Source: a virus. From it: a stretch of DNA of 64,000 nucleotides. Positions 28,117 to 38,758 of this stretch are shown here, piece by piece (position 1 is the stretch's first letter; every line of letters begins with the position of its first letter). Location: positions 8,836-72,835 of the IMG/VR virus record IMGVR_UViG_3300036790_000060; one strand, given 5' to 3'. The notes beneath the pieces were generated by a model. It searched no databases. It saw nothing but the letters and a program-made list of their open reading frames with translations, and was not told the origin of the DNA. Position numbers and translations under genes: made by a program.

Positions 28117-29790
28117 ATGCCCGCTATCGTAAACGTCAACGTCACGTTGACGCAAGCGCCCACGCCCAATACGCTGCAGGGCACCGGCGCGTTCATCAGC
28201 CAGGGCGGGACGAACACCGCCCCCGGCACTAAAACCTTGCTGACACAGATGTCGACCTTGTCGACCTACCTGAACGGCAATAAGGCAATCACGTCCATCA
28301 CCCAGACGACCGGAACGGCGACGGTCACCACGACCGCCGCACACGGTTTCGCGATCGCCGATACGATCTGGCTCACCATTTCCGGTGCGACGCAGACCGG
28401 CTACGACGGGTCGTTCCTCTGCACGATCACGACCACGACCGCCTTCACCTATGCCGTCCCGTCCGGCACCGTCACCCCGGCGACCACGACGACCACGTTC
28501 ACCTACACCGAAGAAGACGTCGGCGAACTCAACGCGATGAACACCACGTTCTTCGCGCAGGGTGGCAGCAAGGCCGTCTACGTCCTGGAGCTAGGGCCAG
28601 GGAGCGTCAACGAAGGCGTCGCGTCGCTGACTACCTGGATCGCGGCAAACCCGCCAGGCGTCGCCTATGGGTCCGGCTTCTACGGTTTCTACGGATACCT
28701 GGTCCCCCGGACCTGGGACGGGAACGCGAATTTCATCACGCTGCTGGCCAGCTACGAAAGCACGACCGCGCTCACGTACTTCTGGATCACGACGACGCTG
28801 GCGACCTACACGCTCTACCCCGCGACGGCGAAGTGTGCGGTTCTGTTCATCGAGTCGCCGAACCTCGCTGTCTACCCGGCGAACGCGCTGACCGCCATCG
28901 CCGAGTCCGGCACCGTCGTCACGGCTGCGACGACGACCGCACACGGCGTCGCAGCCGGCGACTGGTTCCAGGTTTCCGGATGCGTCCCTACCGGCTACAA
29001 CGGCTGGTGGCAGGCGCAGGTCGGGACGACCGGGACCGCGCTCGTCTGGAACGCGCCGTCCGGCCTTGGTTCCGAGACGACGCTTGGCACGCTGCTCGCG
29101 AACCAGTATGCGAACACGTTCAACCCAACGTCGGAATTCAGCTGGGCATCCGGTTTCTTCGTCACGCTGAACTACAACCCGTCCGCGACGAACCAGGTGA
29201 CGCAGTTCGAATATGCGTTCACGTTCGGCGTCACGCCGTTCCCGGTCCTGGGCATGTCGGCGCTCCTGACGACGCTGAAGACCGCGAACGTCAACGTGAT
29301 GGGGACCGGCGCGGAAGGCGGCTTGTCAGGAACGATGATCGTCGGCGGTAACACGCTGGACGGGAACTCGTTCAACTTCTGGTATGCCATCGACTGGATG
29401 AACGTCAACATCAACCTGAACGTTTCGAACTACATCATCAACGGTTCGAACAACCCGTCAGCGCCGGTCTATTACAACCAGCCCGGTATCAACGGCGGAC
29501 AGGCGGTCGGCGCCGGGACGATCACCAGCGCCATCTCCTACGGGATGTGCTACGGCAGTCTGCTTCAGACCGAATTGTCGTCCACGCAGTTCGCCGCGAA
29601 CGTGGCGGCGGGTATCTACAACGGCTACGCCGTCATCAACGCGATCCCGGCGGCGACCTACGCGCAGGTGAACCCGAGCGCCTACAAGCTGCGATCCTAC
29701 GGCGGCTACGCCGTGTCGTTCGCGCCGCAGCTCGGGTTTGATAACGTCACGTTCAATCTCAACGCAACCACGTTCGTCGGTCAGGGGTAA
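28117..29790 (+). CDS. tail sheath protein with two inserted TTAAHG beta domains
   Basis: 557 aa; FNFWYAIDW..IN, PVYYNQPGI; followed by the tube gene. Confidence 0.85.
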   Translation: MPAIVNVNVTLTQAPTPNTLQGTGAFISQGGTNTAPGTKTLLTQMSTLSTYLNGNKAITSITQTTGTATVTTTAAHGFAIADTIWLTISGATQTGYDGSFLCTITTTTAFTYAVPSGTVTPATTTTTFTYTEEDVGELNAMNTTFFAQGGSKAVYVLELGPGSVNEGVASLTTWIAANPPGVAYGSGFYGFYGYLVPRTWDGNANFITLLASYESTTALTYFWITTTLATYTLYPATAKCAVLFIESPNLAVYPANALTAIAESGTVVTAATTTAHGVAAGDWFQVSGCVPTGYNGWWQAQVGTTGTALVWNAPSGLGSETTLGTLLANQYANTFNPTSEFSWASGFFVTLNYNPSATNQVTQFEYAFTFGVTPFPVLGMSALLTTLKTANVNVMGTGAEGGLSGTMIVGGNTLDGNSFNFWYAIDWMNVNINLNVSNYIINGSNNPSAPVYYNQPGINGGQAVGAGTITSAISYGMCYGSLLQTELSSTQFAANVAAGIYNGYAVINAIPAATYAQVNPSAYKLRSYGGYAVSFAPQLGFDNVTFNLNATTFVGQG

Positions 29791-29796
29791 TCAGAC

Positions 29797-30240
29797 ATGT
29801 CGGGTAACAACCCTAATATTGCGTTGGGGACGCTGAACCGGATACGGGCGAGCGTGACCTGGGCCACCTTCCCAGGTCTGAGCGTGTCCGCGTCCTACCT
29901 CAGCAAACGTGGCATTACCCTGTCGTTCGCGGGTGAAGCGACGGTCTACATCGACGTGATGACCGGCGCCGTCACGTCGCCGGAACCGTATCTTCGCGCG
30001 ACGTTCACCCTCCACCTTCTGAAAACCCAGTCGCTCGCGAACTCCTACAAGCTCCAGATGGAGCTGTTCTCCCTGTTGGGTCAGTGCACGATCCGGCCGG
30101 ACGCGGCGACGATGAACCCGTGGAACCTGACGAACTGTTCGATCACCGGTGTCGAAGGTCTCGACTTCGCCGGCACGACACCCGAGTACACCGTGCGGTG
30201 CGGTGGCATCTACCTTATCAACTCCACACTCTTTACCTGA
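29797..30240 (+). CDS. tail tube protein
   Basis: 147 aa after sheath; GTLNRIRASV, MTGAVTSPEPY. Confidence 0.8.
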   Translation: MSGNNPNIALGTLNRIRASVTWATFPGLSVSASYLSKRGITLSFAGEATVYIDVMTGAVTSPEPYLRATFTLHLLKTQSLANSYKLQMELFSLLGQCTIRPDAATMNPWNLTNCSITGVEGLDFAGTTPEYTVRCGGIYLINSTLFT

Positions 30241-30252
30241 AGGACTTCCAGG

Positions 30253-30876
30253 ATGCGACTCAATGAGCGACTTAACCTGGTGATACCAGTCTACGACGAT
30301 CACGACAAACTCGTCGGCCACGTCCATTCGACGCCGGTGTCTCTCGCGACGTTCGAAGTCAACCACGCGATCGTCGCCCGGACGTTCACCTCGCTGTTCT
30401 CTTCCGGCTACGGCGAAGTGGCCGGGCCGCGCGTCGCGGCGATGATCATGCGTAGCCTGGCGAAAAGGTATGGCGATGACGCCGAGGAATTCATCGGCGA
30501 AGTCGTCCGTCTTTCCCGCTACGTGCACGGCGCGGCGAAGGGATGGGAAACGCTCCCGCTAGAAGATGCGATCGCTGAAGGCGTTCTCACCGATGAGGAT
30601 GCTTCGGAGGTCATCAACGCAATCGTTTTTTTTACTGTCGCCTCGGCGATGCTTCCTCGGAAGACGGTGAATTCAACGATCGCGTCGGCTGCAAGAATAT
30701 GGAATGCGTCGACATCCTCATTAGAGTTTACGGCCTGGGTAACTTCCTTGCGGACGTCGACAAAAGCCGTAGCTTCGAAGAAGACGGTCGCACCGCCTAC
30801 CGAACACGCGGTGGAACCGGCGGGACTCCAGGTGATGAAAGATGGACTGACATCAACGTTGCAGGTGCCATCCTAG
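30253..30876 (+). CDS. tail assembly chaperone (G-type)
   Basis: Between tube and tape measure; contains a T8 slippery run. Confidence 0.75.
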   Translation: MRLNERLNLVIPVYDDHDKLVGHVHSTPVSLATFEVNHAIVARTFTSLFSSGYGEVAGPRVAAMIMRSLAKRYGDDAEEFIGEVVRLSRYVHGAAKGWETLPLEDAIAEGVLTDEDASEVINAIVFFTVASAMLPRKTVNSTIASAARIWNASTSSLEFTAWVTSLRTSTKAVASKKTVAPPTEHAVEPAGLQVMKDGLTSTLQVPS

Positions 30877-31007
30877 GGTGGGCGGCCGGGTCCGGCTTCC
30901 GTGAACTCGCCGAGGACGTCGGATTGATGTTCTCGACGGCCTCCGAATTCCGGTCCCGGCATATGACGAAGAGTCTGTTCGCTGCCTTAAAGGCGCTGAA
31001 AGGATAA
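30625..31007 (+). other. programmed -1 frameshift site and extension of the tail chaperone (GT-type)
   Basis: GTT TTT TTT ACT at 30625-30636; the -1 frame is open to TAA at 31007, 3 nt before the tape measure start. Confidence 0.75.
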
Positions 31008-31010
31008 GCC

Positions 31011-32939
31011 ATGACGATACACGCGCTCCTCGATGTCGACGTGGCGGATGAGAAGTTCAAGCAGTTTGCGCAGGTCTTCGACCAATACCAGGAGGCGCTC
31101 AAGAAGACCGCGCCGCAATGGAAACAGGTCAATACGGAGATCGACGCGGCGGCCGACGCGATGGACGAAGTCCACGATGCGACGTCCCAGGTCGATGAGC
31201 GCGTGCGTCAGATCGGCACGACCTTCCAGCAGAACATCCTGATCCTCGGCCAGCAGACCAAGGAACTGACCGAACAGGAGAAACTGGCGAAGGCGAAGGC
31301 CGACGCGGAGAAGAAGGCCGCTGCCGATGCCGCACGGCACGATAAAGAGCGGGCCAAGATGTGGCACGACATGGCGCGTGACTCCAAGGCGTTCGCCGTG
31401 GGGATCGCCGACGCGACCAAGCAGCTCCTTCGCTGGGGCGAACTGACCGGCCTGATCGGCGGCCTCCTCGGCGCCGGTGGCCTGTTCGGCATCGATCGCC
31501 TCGCCCAGGCGGCGGGGAACGAACGGCGCACCGCGACCGGCCTGGGTCTCACGACCGGGCAGGAACGGTCTATCGGCGTCAATCTCCAGCGGTATGTCGA
31601 TCCCGGCGCAGTCGAGAACGGCATCGTCAGCGCTCTTCAGGACCCGACGAAAGCCGTCCCGTTCATGAACCTCGGGCTGAACCCGCAGGCCGAAGCCGGG
31701 AAGGGAAACTTCCAAGCCATAATCGACACGATGACGGCCGTGAAGAAGCTGGTCGATGCGACGCCTACCAATCAGCTCGGGAACGTTCTGCAATACCGCC
31801 ACCTCGACCAGCTCGGCCTTAGCCTTCAAGATCTGAACCGGATCAAGAGCGAGAACCCGGCCGAATTCGCGAAGAACATGCAGCGCACGGCGGCCGACGC
31901 GAACAACCTCGGTTACAGTGATCCGACTGCGAAGGCGTGGCAGGATTTGCAGGTTCAGCTCAAGCGTGCCGGGGCGGAGATCGAAGCCGATCTAGTCCAG
32001 GGGCTCGTGAAGGCGGCGCCCGCGATCGATCACCTGTCGTCCGCCGTGACCGACGCGGTCGGCGAATTCACCAAGAGCAATGGGTTTACGTATCTCATTT
32101 CCGAAGTGTCCGAAGGTTTGGAAGACTTCTCCAAGTTCATCGGATCGCAGGGTTTCAAGGATGACGTAAAGACGTTCGCGGCCGACGTCGGTGTGCTGGC
32201 GCACGCGATCGATAGCGCGATGCACTGGATCGCCAGATGGATCAAGGGCGATGCCGATAAGGACTACTCCGATCCGACCGGGATGTACGGTCCTGCTACC
32301 GGAAACGATCCTGCCCACCCCGGCGTGAACCTGGGGAGCGGCAAGGACTGGAACTGGCTGATGGGTAATCCCAACCCGAACGCCCACGCCTCCAGGATCA
32401 GTAGCCCGGAAGCGATGGCGAACGAAGTCGCGATCCACAACCAATTGATCGCGGGCGGTCTCAGCGAAACCGCTACCGCCGGTATCCTCGGGAACCTCCA
32501 GCAGGAGAGCGGTTTCAACCCGATGAACGAAAATCCCAGTCATCACTTCGGCATCGCGCAGTGGGATACGAACCGGCAAGCGAACTTCAAGAAGCTGTTC
32601 GGCCACGACATCCGTCAGTCAACGCTGGCGGAACAGGTGGCGTTCCTTCAGCACGAACTCCACGGTGACTACGGCGAAACGCTCTCCCAGCTGAACGCAG
32701 CCGGATCGCGCCGTCAGGCCGCTACGGTGTTCAACCAAGGCTTCGAAGTGTCCGGCGACGACTCCGGCGTGCGCGAAGCGAACGCGGTTCAGGCTGGCAA
32801 CAAGTTCGCGACGCAGGGGCCATCCACCCCGGCCTATAACCAGCTGCCGGTTCGGAACGGTTCGCAGGTCGTGATCACCGACGCGACCGGCGGTAACGTG
32901 CATATGAACCTTGCGGCCGCTGCTTCGGGAGGTCCGTGA
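31011..32939 (+). CDS. tape measure protein with phage tail lysozyme domain
   Basis: Ala-rich helical body; TAGILGNLQQESGFNP...GIAQW...EQVAFLQHEL. Confidence 0.85.
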   Translation: MTIHALLDVDVADEKFKQFAQVFDQYQEALKKTAPQWKQVNTEIDAAADAMDEVHDATSQVDERVRQIGTTFQQNILILGQQTKELTEQEKLAKAKADAEKKAAADAARHDKERAKMWHDMARDSKAFAVGIADATKQLLRWGELTGLIGGLLGAGGLFGIDRLAQAAGNERRTATGLGLTTGQERSIGVNLQRYVDPGAVENGIVSALQDPTKAVPFMNLGLNPQAEAGKGNFQAIIDTMTAVKKLVDATPTNQLGNVLQYRHLDQLGLSLQDLNRIKSENPAEFAKNMQRTAADANNLGYSDPTAKAWQDLQVQLKRAGAEIEADLVQGLVKAAPAIDHLSSAVTDAVGEFTKSNGFTYLISEVSEGLEDFSKFIGSQGFKDDVKTFAADVGVLAHAIDSAMHWIARWIKGDADKDYSDPTGMYGPATGNDPAHPGVNLGSGKDWNWLMGNPNPNAHASRISSPEAMANEVAIHNQLIAGGLSETATAGILGNLQQESGFNPMNENPSHHFGIAQWDTNRQANFKKLFGHDIRQSTLAEQVAFLQHELHGDYGETLSQLNAAGSRRQAATVFNQGFEVSGDDSGVREANAVQAGNKFATQGPSTPAYNQLPVRNGSQVVITDATGGNVHMNLAAAASGGP

Positions 32940-33253
32940 TGTCGACCGTCACCGACTTCACCCCATCGATCAATTCCGTCTTCCAGTTCCAGGCGAACCT
33001 GACCGGGGCGAACCCGATCAACGTATCGTCTACGTCCACCACGTTCATCGTGTCGGTCATCTGGAATGTCTACAGAGGCGGCGGCGGGTATCCCGGCTGG
33101 TACATCCTGATCGCCGACGAAGGCGGTAGTCAGGTCCTGTGCACGCCTCTGATCGGTTCGCCGCCCGGTTATCCGATATCGCTGACGGCCGGATACTTCA
33201 CGTCAACGCTCGTCTTCCTTGAAGCGACGAACCAGTTTGTGGTGACGCCGTGA
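32936..33253 (+). CDS. baseplate protein
   Basis: FQFQANL, WNVY, PLIGSP; position. Confidence 0.6.
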   Translation: MMSTVTDFTPSINSVFQFQANLTGANPINVSSTSTTFIVSVIWNVYRGGGGYPGWYILIADEGGSQVLCTPLIGSPPGYPISLTAGYFTSTLVFLEATNQFVVTP

Positions 33254-34293
33254 GGTATTATCGGATCATCATCACCAACGATGACGGGTCGATCTACAGG
33301 TTCAAGTCGCTCGGCACCGCGATCGATCCGCCATCGACGCTGAGCAGTCTGCTGCCGGGTGGACCGCAGAACCCGGCGTATGGATTGACGAACCCGGCCG
33401 CGCTTCAGATCGAACTCGACCTGCCGGTGTCGTCCTACGGCGATCCGACCGGGAACGCGCTGCTGACGATCCATAACCTCGGGATCGTGGACGTCAGCAG
33501 CGCGGCCGATCTGGCCGGATTGAACATCCAGATATTCGGCGGGATGGCGAAGGGCCTGCCGCTGGCGAACCCGGCGCAGGCCGGGCTCCTGTTCGAAGGG
33601 CACATCTTCACGTCGTGGGGGATGTGGTTCAACGAACGGCAGTGCATCACGCTGAACATGACGCCCGGACTGCTCGCGGCGAACAAGAAGGGTCCGGCTG
33701 TCGGCAGCCCGAACGCGCCGCAGAACTTCCCAGTCGCCTGGAAAACCGGGACGCCGCTGGGCCAAGCCATCGCCCAGACGCTGTCGATCGCGATGCCGGG
33801 GATGGCGCAGAATATCAATATCTCGCCGAACATCGTCCTCAATCACGACTCGGCCGGGCAGTATCAAAGCCTGACGCAGTTCGCCGAAGCGGTCGATGTC
33901 GTCGCGCGATCGATCCTCGGCGCCGGTTATCCGGGCATCAGCGTCTACGTGAACGGCGGGACGATCACCGTCGCGGATATGACGGCGACCGCGAACGTGA
34001 TCAAGATCGCGCCGCAGGATATCATCGGCCAGCCTACGTGGGTCCAGTTCAACCAGATTAGCGTTCAGCTCGTCATGCGCGCCGATATCCACAACGGCGA
34101 CACGATCACGCTACCCGCGATCGTCGTTCAGACAGGTTCCGGCGCACGGTCAGCGTGGCAGAATATACCGGCTAACAAGCTCACGTTCAGCGGCAACTTC
34201 GTCGTCCAGCAGCTTCGCCACCTTGGCAATTTCCGCCAGGAAGACGGCGAGGCGTGGAACACGACTTACACCTGCAACGTCGCTTCGGCGTAG
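33250..34293 (+). CDS. baseplate hub protein
   Basis: MRYYRIII, GGMAKGLPLANP, IIGQPTW, HLGNFR. Confidence 0.7.
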   Translation: MRYYRIIITNDDGSIYRFKSLGTAIDPPSTLSSLLPGGPQNPAYGLTNPAALQIELDLPVSSYGDPTGNALLTIHNLGIVDVSSAADLAGLNIQIFGGMAKGLPLANPAQAGLLFEGHIFTSWGMWFNERQCITLNMTPGLLAANKKGPAVGSPNAPQNFPVAWKTGTPLGQAIAQTLSIAMPGMAQNINISPNIVLNHDSAGQYQSLTQFAEAVDVVARSILGAGYPGISVYVNGGTITVADMTATANVIKIAPQDIIGQPTWVQFNQISVQLVMRADIHNGDTITLPAIVVQTGSGARSAWQNIPANKLTFSGNFVVQQLRHLGNFRQEDGEAWNTTYTCNVASA

Positions 34294-34302
34294 GAAGACC
34301 AG

Positions 34303-35094
34303 ATGTCAGGCGCACTATCGGCCGCTACCACCGTCGTCCAGGTCGGCCTGATCACGCCGTTCAAGCTGGCGTTCGAGCTGTCGCCCATTATCTTGTGCGG
34401 CGGTATCGCGCAGAATTCGGTCGGCGGTATGATGCCGATACTCCAGCTTACGCAGCCTGATCTGACGTCGTTCAATCCGACGTCGATCGGGCCGAACGGC
34501 CTCCTGCTGCCGGTCACGCTTGATCAGTATTTCGCCCACTGGGTGCCACTACCCGGCGGCGAGATCGGGAAGAACAAGGTCAGCACGTTCCCGTTCGCGA
34601 ACCAGGCGGTGGCCGGCAACGCGATGATCGCGCAGCCGCTTACGCTTTCGATGCTGATGGTCTGCCCGACGCAGGCATCGTACAGCCAGTCGGCCACGGT
34701 GTTTTCGTCTGTCGTCTACGCGCTGAACCAGCACGATGCACTGGGCGGCAGTTACACGATCATGACACCGAAGTTCCCCTACACGAACATGCTCCGACTC
34801 CGGGGTGTGGATGCGTCGCACGGAAGCACGCATCAGGCGCAGAACGCATACCAGTTCGACTTCTACGCGCCGCTGCTGACGCTCGAACAAGCGCAGAACG
34901 CGCAGAACTCACTGATGTCGAAGCTATCCGCCGGGACGCAGGTTTCGACGCCTCAGTACTCCAGCCCGGCGACGACCGTAGGCACGCCGTCGTCCCTGGC
35001 GACCGGGACGGCTACCGGTAGTTCGATCGCCGGGACGAGCATCGCGCCGTTCCCGACGCCACCGATACCGCCCACTGGGACGCCACCAACATAA
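34303..35094 (+). CDS. baseplate/tube-initiator-like protein
   Basis: FELSPIILCGGIA, FPFANQAVAGNA; position. Confidence 0.6.
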   Translation: MSGALSAATTVVQVGLITPFKLAFELSPIILCGGIAQNSVGGMMPILQLTQPDLTSFNPTSIGPNGLLLPVTLDQYFAHWVPLPGGEIGKNKVSTFPFANQAVAGNAMIAQPLTLSMLMVCPTQASYSQSATVFSSVVYALNQHDALGGSYTIMTPKFPYTNMLRLRGVDASHGSTHQAQNAYQFDFYAPLLTLEQAQNAQNSLMSKLSAGTQVSTPQYSSPATTVGTPSSLATGTATGSSIAGTSIAPFPTPPIPPTGTPPT

Positions 35095-35753
35095 TGCCCA
35101 ATCTATCACAGCGCGTCTGGACTGGTCAAGTCACCCAGCGTCTAGCGAAGCAGAAGGCGGCGGACCAGATCGTAGAGACCGGGATGTCGCTGCCGTGCCA
35201 CGTGACGAAGGTCATAAGCGCGCACATCGTGGTCGTCGCGTTCGACGTTCAGGCGGTATCGGGGCACACCCCGCTTACGCTCCAGTCGATCACGCTGCCC
35301 GTCCTCGGAAGCCAGTGGTTCAGAAGCCCGATCCAGGTTGGCACGCAGGGCTCGACGATAGCGGCCGACGTCTACCTCGGCGGCGTGTCCGGTCTGGGAG
35401 GCGGCACGGCCGTGATGGCGAGGCCGCTGAACCTCGACGGGCTGATGTTCTCCCCGCTAGGTCAGACCAACTGGCCTACCGCGCTTGGAAGCTATTCGAT
35501 CAACCCGAATATGGCGACCGTTTATGGCCCGGCCGGTGCGGTGCTTTCGGACACGGCGGGCGAGAATATGGTGGTCGTATCGTCCGGCGGGACGGTCGCG
35601 ATCACGGCGCAGACGTCGATCACCTTGACGGTCGGCGGCAAGACGATCGTTATCAATTCGTCCGGCATCACGCTGGACGGCATCCTCTGGGATACGCACC
35701 AGCATCAGGGTGGCAACGGCGGCACTGGCTTGACCGGAGGACCACAGGCATGA
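35094..35753 (+). CDS. baseplate central spike
   Basis: SLPCHVTKV N-terminus; C-terminal THQH metal-binding motif. Confidence 0.75.
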   Translation: MPNLSQRVWTGQVTQRLAKQKAADQIVETGMSLPCHVTKVISAHIVVVAFDVQAVSGHTPLTLQSITLPVLGSQWFRSPIQVGTQGSTIAADVYLGGVSGLGGGTAVMARPLNLDGLMFSPLGQTNWPTALGSYSINPNMATVYGPAGAVLSDTAGENMVVVSSGGTVAITAQTSITLTVGGKTIVINSSGITLDGILWDTHQHQGGNGGTGLTGGPQA

Positions 35754-36109
35754 GGACGTGGGGACGAATAAACCAGGTCAACGGCCTGGGCGGCACATGG
35801 GTCGAAGTGACGACCGACTCCAACGGCTATAACGACGGCGTGTATTTGACGACGCTGGTTCAGGTGTTGAAGCTGAACCTCGGCGAGTCGCCGTTCTACG
35901 CGAACTACGGCATCCCGGCGGCGCCGTCCGTCATCACGCAGATACAGCCCGACTACTACGCGGCTATGACGCAGAAGCAGTTCGCACCGTATTTCGCCAG
36001 CCTGCAGATATTCAAGGCGACCGTCCAGGCGAACCCGGTCAAACCGACGTATAACATCACTCTTATAACCCAGAACGGCTCGACCGTCAGTGGTCCGGTG
36101 GCGACATGA
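35750..36109 (+). CDS. baseplate wedge protein (gp25-like position)
   Basis: MRTWGR...LKLNLGESPFYANYGIPA; ATGA coupled. Confidence 0.7.
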   Translation: MRTWGRINQVNGLGGTWVEVTTDSNGYNDGVYLTTLVQVLKLNLGESPFYANYGIPAAPSVITQIQPDYYAAMTQKQFAPYFASLQIFKATVQANPVKPTYNITLITQNGSTVSGPVAT

Positions 36110-37545
36110 GTGGAACTGTAAACGTAACCCTTACGGCGGCGGGACGGGTCAACACCCCGCCAGCCACGCTGAACGCCACGCTCATCGCCAACGCGGTGTC
36201 GCTATCGCCGGGCCTGACCGCGACGCTGCCGGGATCGCTGATCGAAGACATCAGCAGCACAGACACCGGCGCGCTGATCGTGATCGATCAAGCGGTGACC
36301 GAGACGCTGGCATCGATATCGCCCTATACCGCGAACCCATACATCCTTACCCAGCTCGGCCAGATATACCTTGGCCAAGGTTCGACCGCGACACCAGCCA
36401 CGAACACGTCGGTCTACTGCGTGTTCACCGGTTCCGGCGTGGACGGCTTCGTGGTTGCGCCCGGCTTCACCGTGTCGGACGGGTCAAACCAATACGTCAC
36501 GACGATCGGCGGCATCGTCGAGTCGGGCGGTTCGACCGGCCTGATACAGTTCTACGCCATCAGTTCCGCGTCGTTCGCCGTCCCGGCTAACTCCGTCACG
36601 ACGATCGTAACCTCATTGCCCGTGGGGATCGGCCTGACGGTCACCAACCCGTCCTCAGGGACGCCGGGCGGGGCGGCGCAGACGGAAGGCGCCTACAGGG
36701 CTCAGGTGCTTACTGCGGGCCTGGTAGGAGCTACCGGGATGCCGAACTACCTGACGACGCTGCTATTGGCGATCCCAGGCGTCCAGTCGAACCTGATCAA
36801 CATCAGGCAGCAGCCGGGACCGACGTGGGAGATCATCGTCGGCGGGACGGGCGACCAATACGCGATCGGGCTGGCGATCTTCGAAGCGCTGTTCGATATC
36901 AACACGCTGACCGGGTCCAGCCTACTCGTCACTGGGATCACGAACGCGAACCCAGGCGTTGTGACGACGGACCTGAACCACGGCTACGCTACCGGGCAGA
37001 CGGCGCAGATCAACGGCGCGGTCGGCATCACCGGGATCAACGGGACGAACTTCACCGCTACCGTGATCAGCCCGACGAGCTTCAGCATCGGGATCGACAC
37101 GACGTCGTCCGGCGCGTGGACCTCCGGCGGGATCGTCACGCCGAACTTCCGGAACGCGACGGTCACGATCAACCAGTATCCGAACTCATACACGATCCCC
37201 TACGTCCTGCCGCCGGTCCAGGTCGTCTCGCTGGAAGTGACGTGGAATACGTCAGACCTGAACTTCGTGTCGCAGTCCGGTGTCGCGCTGCTCGTCCAGC
37301 CAGCGATGGCCGCGTACATCAATGGCCTTCCGGTCGGCGCCCCGATCAACGAATTGGAGATGGACTCGGTGTTCCAGACGGCGGTCATCTCGCTGATCCC
37401 GACGAACCTCCTGACCCGGCTCGTCTACACCGTGACGATCGATGGCGTCGTGACGGCGCCTGGAACGGGCGAGGCTACCATCTTCGGCGATCCGGAAAGC
37501 TACTTCTCGATCGCCGCCGCTTCCATCATCGTTCAGCAAGGATGA
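36106..37545 (+). CDS. baseplate J/gp47-like protein
   Basis: LPGSLIEDISST, QTEGAYRAQV; inserted ITNANPGVVTT..HG domain. Confidence 0.8.
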   Translation: MSGTVNVTLTAAGRVNTPPATLNATLIANAVSLSPGLTATLPGSLIEDISSTDTGALIVIDQAVTETLASISPYTANPYILTQLGQIYLGQGSTATPATNTSVYCVFTGSGVDGFVVAPGFTVSDGSNQYVTTIGGIVESGGSTGLIQFYAISSASFAVPANSVTTIVTSLPVGIGLTVTNPSSGTPGGAAQTEGAYRAQVLTAGLVGATGMPNYLTTLLLAIPGVQSNLINIRQQPGPTWEIIVGGTGDQYAIGLAIFEALFDINTLTGSSLLVTGITNANPGVVTTDLNHGYATGQTAQINGAVGITGINGTNFTATVISPTSFSIGIDTTSSGAWTSGGIVTPNFRNATVTINQYPNSYTIPYVLPPVQVVSLEVTWNTSDLNFVSQSGVALLVQPAMAAYINGLPVGAPINELEMDSVFQTAVISLIPTNLLTRLVYTVTIDGVVTAPGTGEATIFGDPESYFSIAAASIIVQQG

Positions 37546-37549
37546 GATC

Positions 37550-37807
37550 ATGGCCTCCGCGTCGCCCTCACCAGTCGCCCCAACTGTTCCAGTTCACGGC
37601 ATACAGATCGTCGTCGGGACCGTTTATAGCCCGCCGTTCACCAGAGTTTATGTAGGGCCGGTCCAATCAGCTTTCACGATCTTGATGGCTGAGGATACCG
37701 TGGCTCTAGCTTTGGGCGCGGTTCCGGCCGGGACGACGCTTGATCTTTGCATTCAGGAAGTCACCGCCGCCACTACCATCACTGGCTGCTTCGGCTTCTG
37801 GGGATAA
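37550..37807 (+). CDS. hypothetical virion protein
   Basis: 85-aa ORF in the operon. Confidence 0.55.
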   Translation: MASASPSPVAPTVPVHGIQIVVGTVYSPPFTRVYVGPVQSAFTILMAEDTVALALGAVPAGTTLDLCIQEVTAATTITGCFGFWG

Positions 37808-37810
37808 TCA

Positions 37811-38758
37811 GTGTCAGGTTTCGTCTTCCCGCCGGGCGCGCCGACATGCCTTCAAGGCATCATACCGGCATACGTGTATCAGCAGTACAGCGACGACGCG
37901 AACATCCAGGCGTTCAACTCATCGTATAATGCCTACGCTCAGGTGTACCTGAACTGGTTCAACACCATCGAGCTACCGATATACACGGGCCTGTCGGGAT
38001 CGCTTCTCGACTGGGTGGCGAACGGCGTCTACGGGATATACCGGCCGTCGCTGCCCTACGGCATCGTTCAGGCGGTCGGGCCGCTCGCGACGTGGGAACC
38101 CGGAACCTACCTACTGGCGTCCTATACGACGACGGGCCAGGTCCAGGACTTCACGACGACCGATGATATCTTCAAGCGTATCATCACCTGGTACTTCTTC
38201 AAAGGTGACGGCCAGAACTTCTCGGTCACGTGGCTCAAGCGCCGCATCATGCGGTTCCTGATCGGCATCAACGGCGTCGCGCCGAACATCGATAATACGT
38301 ATCCGATCAGCGTCGCGTTCGGCGTGTCTAACAGCGTATCGATCCAGATCACGCTGACGACTGATTACCCGATCACCCTGGCGACGGCGCAGGTGTTCCA
38401 GGCGGCGGTCGCGTCGGGTGCGGTATCGCTCCCGTTCCAGTTCACCTTCTCGGTATCGATCGTCAACCAGCTGTCGTCCACCGGGCTGTTCGACGCGGGC
38501 GGCATCCTTCAGGTCACGGACGCATCCGGATGGCCTACCGTCGGGACCGGCGCGGCTGGGACCGTGTGGGACGCTGGCGGCGCCGTCTACGTTATACCCG
38601 GCCACACGCCTGACCCAACGGCGCCACCCGTGTTCTACAACCAGATCACGGCCGCCCAGCTCCTCGCCCTCGGTGGTGGAAACCTGCCGGCGACCGATCC
38701 GAGGAACCTCCTTCAACTTTGGAATAATACGGGGATCGTATGCGTATCTCTTGGGTAA
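37811..38758 (+). CDS. baseplate wedge protein (DUF2612-like)
   Basis: LLDWVANGVYG, DDIFKRIITW..KGDG, WLKRRIMRFL. Confidence 0.75.
   Translation: MSGFVFPPGAPTCLQGIIPAYVYQQYSDDANIQAFNSSYNAYAQVYLNWFNTIELPIYTGLSGSLLDWVANGVYGIYRPSLPYGIVQAVGPLATWEPGTYLLASYTTTGQVQDFTTTDDIFKRIITWYFFKGDGQNFSVTWLKRRIMRFLIGINGVAPNIDNTYPISVAFGVSNSVSIQITLTTDYPITLATAQVFQAAVASGAVSLPFQFTFSVSIVNQLSSTGLFDAGGILQVTDASGWPTVGTGAAGTVWDAGGAVYVIPGHTPDPTAPPVFYNQITAAQLLALGGGNLPATDPRNLLQLWNNTGIVCVSLG

Noticed and set aside
30238-30253. In-frame UGA readthrough from tail tube into chaperone
   Set aside because: The 12-nt gap is explained by the stop overlapping the RBS; no functional rationale.
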